From an uncultured Actinomycetota bacterium (GTDB lineage Bacteria > Actinomycetota > Actinomycetes > Actinomycetales > CAWJMD01), in assembly GCA_963700925.1 (NCBI GenBank), contig OY969553.1, positions 1,016,131 to 1,080,130 of the forward strand: a stretch of 64,000 nt of DNA, read 5' to 3'. Both the position numbers and the translations under genes were made by a program. This document shows positions 57,117 to 64,000 of this stretch, piece by piece (position 1 is the stretch's first letter; each line of letters begins with the position of its first letter). Below the pieces are notes generated by a model that saw only the letters and a program-made list of their open reading frames with translations, did not search any database and was not told where the DNA came from.

Positions 57117-57679
57117 GGTGTGGTGGTCCTCTCAAGGACGGCGCTCGGTGTGCCGGACGGCTGGGGCGGGTGGTCAACATGGAGTCGCAGCGCTCGGCGG
57201 GCGCGGCTCAGGCGCAACCGGACCGCGACCGGTGAGATGCCGAGCATGGCGGCTGCCTGCGGCGCGCTGAGCTCCTCGAAGACCGTCAGGCCCAAGACCT
57301 CCTGATGGACCTCGGAGAGAAGACGCCACGCTCGTGCGAGGTCCACCCGGCTGAGCACCAGATCGGCGCCCGCGTCGGCGTGCTGGCCGGCAGTGGCGTC
57401 CGCCAGACGCACGCCAAGAGCGACGCGCCGCTGTTCACCGCGCTGGCTGTTCAGCAAGATGTGGCGCGCGATGCCGAACACCCATGCCCGCCGGTCGCCC
57501 TCGCCGCGAGGCAGGTCATCCAGGCGACGCCACACCACCAAGAAGGCCTCTGCGACAACGTCCTCGGCGTGATCTGGGTGCGCGCGGCGCTGAACGAACC
57601 TCAAGACGTCCGAATACGCGCCCTCGTACAACGACCTGAAGATGTGCTCACGTTCACGAGCACGCGATAACTGACTCAT
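57113..57679 (-). CDS. ECF sigma factor
   Basis: Sigma-2 (HAEDVVAEAFLVVWRR...AWVFGIARHILLN) and sigma-4 (HQEVLGLTVFEELSAPQAAAMLGISPVAVRLRLSRARR). Confidence 0.85.
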   Translation of the reverse strand: MSQLSRAREREHIFRSLYEGAYSDVLRFVQRRAHPDHAEDVVAEAFLVVWRRLDDLPRGEGDRRAWVFGIARHILLNSQRGEQRRVALGVRLADATAGQHADAGADLVLSRVDLARAWRLLSEVHQEVLGLTVFEELSAPQAAAMLGISPVAVRLRLSRARRALRLHVDHPPQPSGTPSAVLERTTTP

Positions 57680-57783
57680 ACCTTTACCTGTCCACCACCC
57701 GAGCGAGTGTGTCGCAGCAACAGATGGCGGCGACGACGCCACGCGAGGTGCCGCCAGGAGACGTTAGATGCTAGTGACGAGCC

Positions 57784-58301
57784 CTACGACAGGCCCGCGA
57801 GCCTGTAGAGGACAAGTGACCCGGCTACCGCAACGTTCAGACTCTGACCCGTCCCCACCCTCGGTATCTCCACGACCGCATCGAAAAGGTCAAGAGCCTC
57901 GGGCGGGACTCCGGTTCTCTCGTTGCCCAGCACCATCACCGTCGCCGGGCCGGCGTCAGGTCCGCCAGACGGATGGACTCTTCCGCCAACTCGACGCCAA
58001 CGATGTGGCTCGCCGCATCGCGCTGAGCGGCAAGCCATCTGCACGGATCGCCCTTGACCCAGTGAACGCACGGCTGGCGGTTCAGGGTGTTTCCACGAGC
58101 CAGTGCCTCAGGCACCCACGGCAGACGCGGCACGACCATGCAGGCACCCACCGCATCGCAAGTCCGGAGGAGGGTCCCGAGGTTGATGCCATGCATCGGC
58201 CACAGCGGCGCGGCCAGCAGATGATCCCAGCAACCATGGGCCCGATGGCGCCGGTGCCTGAGCTCATGTGGGGTCCGGAACCGGATGTTCGGGGCGCTCA
58301 C
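57784..58301 (-). pseudogene. SpoU/TrmH family RNA methyltransferase, frameshifted
   Basis: The N-terminal part (INLGTLLRTCDAVGA..., HIVGVELAEESIRLADL) ends at a TGA at 57936. The C-terminal SPOUT knot motifs (VMVLGNERTGVPPEAL...EIPRVGTGQSLNVAVAGSLVLY) continue in another frame. Codon usage is visibly less G/C-biased than in neighbouring genes. Confidence 0.65.
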
Positions 58302-59311
58302 CGACCTTCGACGAGGACCTCGTCACCGCGGGGGTACTTCATGAGTGAGGGTGCTTCGCGGCGCACTCGGGCCATCACGACTCTGGGAGCACCAGGTACC
58401 GCAGTCGGTTGTCCTCGAGTGGTGGGATGAAAACTGTTGTCCAACATACGGACTCGGCGCTGTGGATGAGGGTGGGACTGTCGGTGGTGGCTGGGAGAGT
58501 TGTCGTCATGGCAGCCCACCCGGTCGAAGCGCTCGAGTCGCTCGACGACGGGGCCGAGCCCGGTGTCGGGGCGAAGGTGCTGCGCGGGTTCGTGGCCTCG
58601 GCGGTGTCGGCGGCGCCGGGTCCGGAGCTGGTGACCGCGTTGACGGCGTTGACCGCGCGCACCGACCTGACCGCGCGGGAGTGGGTCGAGGTGACGGCGG
58701 CGTGGAAGAAGGTGGCGTGTCTGGCCACCGCGGGCCAGTTCGTCGCCATCGCTGAGCTGGACCAAGCCCTCAACCCTGGTCTTGGTGCCGGCGAGCGCGC
58801 AGACGCAGACAGGGACGCGTACGCGGCGCCGGGGCGGACCTGCCCGGTGCGGCGGACCGCGGACGAGCTGGCGCCCGCGTTGGGGATGGCGCCGCGGGCG
58901 GCGTCGGCGCTGGTGTCGCTGGTACGCCGGTGCGAGGACCTGCCGGCGGCGATGGACGCGCTGGCCGACGGCCGGATGGACCCGTCCCAGCTGCGGGCCC
59001 TGGACGCGCACGCCCGGCACCTGCCCACCCCGGCGAAGCGGGTGTTGGAGGCGGCGGCGGTGCGGTGGGCACCACGACGGACCCGCCAACAGCTCGACGC
59101 CGCCCTGGCCGCCGAAGCGATCCGGCTCGACCCCACCCACGCCACCGACATGGTCGAGCACGGCGTGACCGAGCGGGACGTCCAGCTGCGGACCTCACCA
59201 CTGGCCGGGTGCCGGCGGCTGGTCGCGGACCTGCCCACCGACCAGGCCCACGCCGCCTGGCTCGCCCTCAACGGCGCCGCCCGCACCGCCCGCCGCAACC
59301 ACGCCACCAGC

Positions 59312-59380
59312 GCCAACAAGGCCAACAAGGCCAACTAGCAAAAGGCCAACAAGGCCAACAAGGCCAACATGGCCAACAGC
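59312..59380 (+). repeat. 9-bp tandem repeat (GCCAACAAG)n, about 7 units
   Basis: gccaacaag x2, gccaacTAG, caaaag, gccaacaag x2, gccaacatg, gccaacagc. It encodes ANKANKAN*QKANKANKANMAN. Confidence 0.9.
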
Positions 59381-59776
59381 GAGACGGACACCAGCGGCAG
59401 CCAGGGTGGCAGTGATGAGCGGACCCTGGCCCAGCTACGCGCCGACCTGCTCACCGCCGTCCTCACCGGCCAGGCGACGCCGCCCACCCCTGCCAGCGGC
59501 GACCACCCCAGCGGCCAGGTTCTGGTACCGACCCCGGCCGAGCTGTCCCGCCACGTCGAAGTCCAGGTCGTGGTCGCCGCCGACACCCTCACCAGCACCC
59601 ACGACCTACCCGCATCGATCCCCGGCGTCGGACCCATCGACCCCGACACCGCCCGCGAACTCGCCACCCGCCAGCCCTGGCGACGACTCATCGCCGACCC
59701 CGCCACCGGCACCCTGCAACACATCGACCCCCGCACCCTGCCCCCACCCACACCACCCGAACCACCCGAACCGCTT

Positions 59777-59849
59777 GAGCCCGAACTAGTTGAGCCCGAG
59801 CTAGTTCGAGCCCGAACTAGTTGAGCCCGAACTAGTTGAGCCCGAACAG
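59777..59849 (+). repeat. 15-bp tandem repeat (GAGCCCGAACTAGTT)n, 4.8 units
   Basis: Encodes (EPELV)n. Every unit contains CTAG. A single extra C sits between units 2 and 3. Confidence 0.9.
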
Positions 59850-60399
59850 GTACCACCCGACCCGAGACTGAAGCGGCTCCTCACCGACCCGGTCACCCCG
59901 GCACGACTCGACCACGGCACCGACACCTACCGCACCCCCACAGCGCTGCGCCGGCACCTCCACACCCGCGACGCCACCTGCATCGGACCCGCCTGCCACC
60001 ACCCGGCCACCGGCACCGAGGCCGACCACACCGTCAACTACGACGAGGCCGACGACCACGGACAACCCGGCAGCACCAGCCACACCAACCTCGGCAGCAC
60101 CTGCGAACGCATCCACAACGCCAAGACCCACGGGGGCTGGGCGCTCTCCCAACCCACCCCGGGCACCTTCATCTGGACCAGCCCCACCGGCCGCACCTAC
60201 ACCCGCACCGTGCGACCCCTCATCCACGGCTGGCCCGAGAGCTGGCCCGAGACCGACGACCAGGCGTGACGCTCGACGAGCCGTCGCGCGTGCGGTTCAC
60301 CGACGTCCACCCTCCCGTTTCGCCGTGTTCTGTGGTCGGGACAGCGTCTCCGCCAACGAGAACACAGCGAATCGCGGTGAGGAGTCTTGCGGTGAGGAG

Positions 60400-60927
60400 T
60401 CAGCCTGGAGGTAGGGCGATCAGGGCCCAGCGCGCTCCGTAGCCCTCGAGCACCACGTCGCGAGGGTCGAGAACGTCCGCGTCAAGCCCCACCGTCCCCC
60501 CAGTGGCACGCACGATCGTGACCTCGAGACGATCCTGAGCCAGGTCCTCGACGAGACCGTGCCCCCACTCCACCAGCATCACGGCCTCGTCCAGCGAGGA
60601 GTCGAGGTCGAGGTCGTCGACCTCGGCGAGCCCGCCCAGTCGATAGGCATCCACGTGCACGAGGACGGGCCCCGTCCCCAGCGAAGGGTGCTCACGCGCG
60701 ATGACGAACGTCGGCGACGTCACCCGTCCACGCACGCCCAAGCCCTCGCCGATACCTGCTGCGAGAGTGGTCTTTCCAGCGCCGAGCTCACCCGTGAGCA
60801 GTACCAGGTCACCGGGTCCCAGCAGCCGCGCCAGCCGCACGCCGAGCGCGTGCATGTCGTCGGCAGAGGCAATGTGCAGCCGTCCGACCGACGCTGGAGC
60901 AGCCGGTGCTGGCGGCTGCTCCATCAC
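60400..60927 (-). CDS. tsaE: tRNA threonylcarbamoyladenosine biosynthesis ATPase TsaE
   Basis: P-loop GELGAGKTT and SPTFVI motif. The start (GTG at 60927 or ATG at 60924) overlaps the hydrolase stop. Confidence 0.9.
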   Translation of the reverse strand: MMEQPPAPAAPASVGRLHIASADDMHALGVRLARLLGPGDLVLLTGELGAGKTTLAAGIGEGLGVRGRVTSPTFVIAREHPSLGTGPVLVHVDAYRLGGLAEVDDLDLDSSLDEAVMLVEWGHGLVEDLAQDRLEVTIVRATGGTVGLDADVLDPRDVVLEGYGARWALIALPPG

Positions 60928-62099
60928 GACGAGCGCTGCTCGCGAGACCGCCCCAGACCGCGGGCCTTCTCCTTGGCCTTGGCCATCACCTTCGGACGGC
61001 GGATGCGCGGCCGCGCGGTGATCTCGGGCCCCTGCGAGCCGTCGATCCGTCGCCGTGCCCGGTGCAGCAGCGCCACCAGGTGTGGCGTCACGATCTCGGG
61101 GTGCTCGAGCATCACCAGGTGGCCGGCGTCGCGCACGAGGGCGAACTCGGCGTGGGGCAGCGCCCGGTGGATCTCTTCGCTGTGCTCGGCCGGAACCATC
61201 AGGTCGCTGTCACCGACCAGCACGAGCATCTCGATGTCACCCAGGCTCGACAGCGCTTCCCTCTTGTCGTGCACCCCGAACGCCGGCAGGAAGTCGCTGA
61301 CCACCTCGATCTTCGTCGCGGCGATCATGCGAGCGGTGAAGTCGACGAGGTCCTGGTCGACGTTCGAGGCGAAGGACCATCGCTTGACGATGACCTCCTC
61401 CAGGTCGCTGCCGATCCGGCGCGTGCGCTCCACCAGCATCGGCTGCCGTGAGAGCAGATTGAGTGCCGCGGGGGCGACCCGGCGTAGCACCGACCCCAGC
61501 CGGTCGAGCCCGAGGTCGACCTTCTCGAGCCCTCCCGCGCTCGTCGACACCAGCGCTGCCCCGACGACGCGCTCCTTGAACAGCTCCGGGTCCTCGGCTG
61601 CCAGCGACATCACGGTCATGCCGCCCATCGAGTGCCCGACCAGAACCAGCGGGCCGGACGGGGCTACCGCCGCGATGACGGCCGCGAGGTCCGCGCCGAC
61701 CTGGTCGATGGTCGCCGACCCGACCGGACCGCGCTCCGAGCGCCCGTGGCCCCGCTGGTCCCACCACACCGTGCGCACCCGTCCCTGCAGAGCCAGCCGC
61801 TGGTAGTGCCAGGAGTCGAGGTTGAGGGCGTAGCCGTGGCTGAACACGACGGTCAGGCCGTCCGGGTCCGGCTCCTCGGGCTCGTCGACCTCGACGTGCA
61901 GCATCGTGCCGTCGTCCGCAGCGACCTCGATCGGAACCTCGCGGATCGACCCGAGGGGCACCTCGTCCTCGTCCTGCGGAAGTCTCTGCAGCACAGGGCG
62001 TCCCACGGCGAGGCGCTCGACGGCCAGACCGGCTGCGGCGCCGGCTCCGGCTGCGGCGAGACCCAGCCCCAGCGTGATCAGGGACGTGCGGCGGCTCAT
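60924..62099 (-). CDS. alpha/beta fold hydrolase with N-terminal membrane/signal anchor
   Basis: Nucleophile elbow GHSMGG. The ATG at 62099 is in ATGA overlap with the alr stop (GTG at 62108 also possible). Confidence 0.85.
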   Translation of the reverse strand: MSRRTSLITLGLGLAAAGAGAAAGLAVERLAVGRPVLQRLPQDEDEVPLGSIREVPIEVAADDGTMLHVEVDEPEEPDPDGLTVVFSHGYALNLDSWHYQRLALQGRVRTVWWDQRGHGRSERGPVGSATIDQVGADLAAVIAAVAPSGPLVLVGHSMGGMTVMSLAAEDPELFKERVVGAALVSTSAGGLEKVDLGLDRLGSVLRRVAPAALNLLSRQPMLVERTRRIGSDLEEVIVKRWSFASNVDQDLVDFTARMIAATKIEVVSDFLPAFGVHDKREALSSLGDIEMLVLVGDSDLMVPAEHSEEIHRALPHAEFALVRDAGHLVMLEHPEIVTPHLVALLHRARRRIDGSQGPEITARPRIRRPKVMAKAKEKARGLGRSREQRSS

Positions 62100-63283
62100 C
62101 GCGTCCACTCCACTGCGTCGGCGCCGACCCAGGTGCGCGGCAGTCTGCTACCCACGCGGGTGACGATCTCGTAGCTGATGGTTCCGGCGGCGTCTGCCCA
62201 GTCCTGCGCGCTCGGCTCGCCGGCGTCGCCAGGCCCGAAGAGCACCGCGCGGTCCCCAGCCCGTACGTGCCCCGACGCACCCGGTCCCAGGTCTACGACG
62301 AACTGGTCCATGCAGACCCGGCCGGCGACGGCGGTGCGGAGCGACCCTACCTGCACCGGCCCCGTCCCGCTCGCGTGGCGCGGGACGCCGTCCCCGTACC
62401 CCAGCGGCACCAGCCCGAGCGTCGTGGGCTGGGGTGTGGTGTAGGCGTGCGCGTACGAGACGCCTTGTCCCGCACCGACGTCCTTGACCAGCGCCAGCTC
62501 TGCCTCGAGGGTCATGGCCGGACGGATTCCCAGCTGCGAAGGCGACTGCAGCTGCGGCACCGGCGACAGTCCGTATACCGAGATTCCCGGACGGACGAGG
62601 TCGAAGTGCGTGCCCGGCGCGGTCAGCGTCGCCGCCGAGTTCGCCAGGTGCCGCACGACCGGGCGCAGACCGTGCCGTTCACAGACGGTCAGTGCCTCCC
62701 CGAACACCTCGACCTGCGCCAGCACGCTCGGGTGGCTGGGCTCGTCGGCCCGCGCCATGTGCGACCAGACCCCGACCACCTGGACGGCTCCGCTGGCCTC
62801 AGCGGCTGCGGCGGCCCTGACCAGCTCGTCCCAGTCGGACGGTGTCGCGCCACCGCGGGCCAGGCCGGTGTCGACCTTCAGGTGCACCCGCGCCGGGCGC
62901 CCGACGGCCCCGACCGCGGCCACGACCCGATCCAACGCCCAGAGAGCACTCACCGACACGTCCACGCCAGCGGCCACCGCAGGTCCGAGGTCGACCGACG
63001 GCGAGTAGAGCCACGCCAGAACCGGCACGTCCACTCCGGCAGCCCGCAGCTCAAGCGCCTCGTGCACCTGAGCGACGCCAAGCCAGGCAGCACCACCGGC
63101 GACCGCAGCACGGGCCGACGGGACGAGCCCGTGGCCGTACCCGTCCGCCTTCACGACTGCCATCACCGCTGCGCCGGTGGCTCGGGCGCGCTCGCGCAGG
63201 ACCGCGACGTTCGACCGCACGGCATCCAGGTCGACGACGACCTGGCCGGGGTGCAGCGCGAGACTGGCCTTGGTGCTGCTCAT
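62096..63283 (-). CDS. alr: alanine racemase
   Basis: PLP-lysine motif AVVKADGYGHG. The C-terminus is GTISYEIVTRV. Confidence 0.95.
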   Translation of the reverse strand: MSSTKASLALHPGQVVVDLDAVRSNVAVLRERARATGAAVMAVVKADGYGHGLVPSARAAVAGGAAWLGVAQVHEALELRAAGVDVPVLAWLYSPSVDLGPAVAAGVDVSVSALWALDRVVAAVGAVGRPARVHLKVDTGLARGGATPSDWDELVRAAAAAEASGAVQVVGVWSHMARADEPSHPSVLAQVEVFGEALTVCERHGLRPVVRHLANSAATLTAPGTHFDLVRPGISVYGLSPVPQLQSPSQLGIRPAMTLEAELALVKDVGAGQGVSYAHAYTTPQPTTLGLVPLGYGDGVPRHASGTGPVQVGSLRTAVAGRVCMDQFVVDLGPGASGHVRAGDRAVLFGPGDAGEPSAQDWADAAGTISYEIVTRVGSRLPRTWVGADAVEWTR

Positions 63284-63368
63284 AAGGCGACCAGTGTCGC
63301 AAAGGCGGGTGACCCGCCGGTAACTACAGTCGGCCCGCCGTGCTCAGCGTGTCAGGTAGGTCACTGCC

Positions 63369-63404
63369 GCTCAGTCGGAAGCTCAGTCGGAAGCTCAGTC
63401 AGAG
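63369..63404. repeat. 12-bp tandem repeat, 3 units, ending on the VOC gene stop codon
   Basis: gctcagtcggaa x2 then gctcagtcagag. The gene's stop (tca at 63395-63397) lies in unit 3. Confidence 0.9.
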
Positions 63405-63883
63405 GACGCACCGACGCCCTGCTCCGCGGCCCACTCCGCCACGCGTCGCTCGGCCTCGTCCGGGGCCACGTCCTCGACCTTCGTCATGATCGCCCAGCGG
63501 TGGCCGAAGGGATCGAGGACGGATGCGAACCGGTCCCCCGTCACGAACGTCGAGGGCTCCTCGAACACGGTGGCGCCGGCCTCGACGGCGCGCTGGAAGA
63601 CGGCGTCGACGTCGGAGCAGTACAGGCACGTGGAGCGACTCACCTGGTTGGTCCCGTCCGGCGCCACCAGCCCCATCGACGGGACCGGGTCGCTGAGCTG
63701 CAGCCGTCCGTCACCGAAGTCGAGCTCGGCGTGCATCACCGACCCGTTCTCGCCGTCCATCCTCGAAACCAGAACCGCCCCGAAGACGGACGAGTAGAAG
63801 TCGATGGCCCGGCTCGCGGGCTCCGTCACCAGGTAGGGGGTCAGGGCCGTGTAGCCCTCGGGCTTTCCGTCGTGGATCGTCAT
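63395..63883 (-). CDS. VOC (glyoxalase/bleomycin-resistance fold, PhnB-like) family protein
   Basis: MTIHDGKPEGYTALTPYLVT...VMHAELDFGDGRLQLSDP...DPFGHRWAI. ATG at 63883 (GTG at 63892 also possible). Confidence 0.8.
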   Translation of the reverse strand: MTIHDGKPEGYTALTPYLVTEPASRAIDFYSSVFGAVLVSRMDGENGSVMHAELDFGDGRLQLSDPVPSMGLVAPDGTNQVSRSTCLYCSDVDAVFQRAVEAGATVFEEPSTFVTGDRFASVLDPFGHRWAIMTKVEDVAPDEAERRVAEWAAEQGVGASSD

Positions 63884-63910
63884 GTCGCCCACTGTGCCTA
63901 CGCTGGCTAC

Positions 63911-64000
63911 GTGGCGTCTTGGACGAATGCGACGACCCCCGACCCGGTGGTCGTCGCGAGCACGACCACCACCAAGGGCGTGCTGCGCGGGGGCCAGGCA
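63911..64000 (+). CDS. 5' end of an unidentified gene (partial, runs off the window)
   Basis: A GTG at 63911 is followed by 30 codons with strongly G/C-biased third positions (VASWTNATTPDPVVVASTTTTKGVLRGGQA). Too short to assign. Confidence 0.3.
   Translation, partial: MASWTNATTPDPVVVASTTTTKGVLRGGQA

Larger units (their letters stand above)
58427..60269 (+). pseudogene. DUF222 / HNH endonuclease family gene (REP13E12-like) with an in-frame TAG and a 1-nt insertion
   Basis: The N-terminus MKTVVQHTDSAL parallels AKTVAPLDSAEL of the intact copy. A TAG at 59336-59338 lies inside the 9-bp repeat. An extra C at 59807 inside the 15-bp repeat shifts the frame. The HNH motif (CHHPATGTEADHTVNY...NLGSTCERIHNAKTHGGW) lies in the third segment, which has no start codon. 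Confidence 0.75.

Noticed and set aside
56253-60399. Calling the tsaE-tsaB insertion a mobile element or prophage remnant.
   Set aside because: No integrase, transposase, terminal inverted repeats or flanking direct repeats could be found by eye. It is reported only as an accessory island.

Overview
Very GC-rich chromosomal segment; third codon positions are almost all G/C. Gene content and order are typical of a high-GC Actinomycetota genome, possibly Nocardioides-like, but the taxon cannot be proven from sequence alone. About 60 protein genes, one tRNA and no rRNA, CRISPR array, integrase or transposase were found. The left part carries prs-glmU-tRNA-Gln, an acyl-ACP desaturase/TetR pair, NUDIX and GDPD enzymes, and an ECF sigma / Ser-Thr kinase / OmpA operon. 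The middle carries guaA, SURF1 and a heterodimeric ABC exporter. The right part (39.1-63.3 kb) follows the mycobacterial Rv3410c-Rv3423c order: guaB3, guaB, rsdA, sigD, whiB3-type whiB, groEL, groES, tsaD, rimI, tsaB, tsaE, alr. Lineage-specific insertions interrupt this backbone. The most system-like novelty candidate lies at 24.1-29.7 kb. There a secreted S8 protease and a SipW-type (ER/archaeal-type) signal peptidase sit beside two TasA/camelysin-like secreted proteins. One of those proteins is membrane-anchored and translationally coupled to a membrane GAF-GGDEF diguanylate cyclase. Other notable items are an 88-bp nested palindrome with four GTTAAC cores beside two CIRCE operators, and a PHM/DBH-like copper monooxygenase lipoprotein. 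A roughly 4-kb island splits the tsaE-tsaB operon. Several genes are decayed: an Ig-repeat LAxTG surface protein, an MFS transporter, a SpoU methyltransferase and a DUF222-HNH gene broken inside CTAG-containing tandem repeats. rimI lacks a stop codon at the expected position. Three genes carry short tandem repeats anchored on their stop codons. All functional calls come from motif recognition by eye and synteny; no database search was run.
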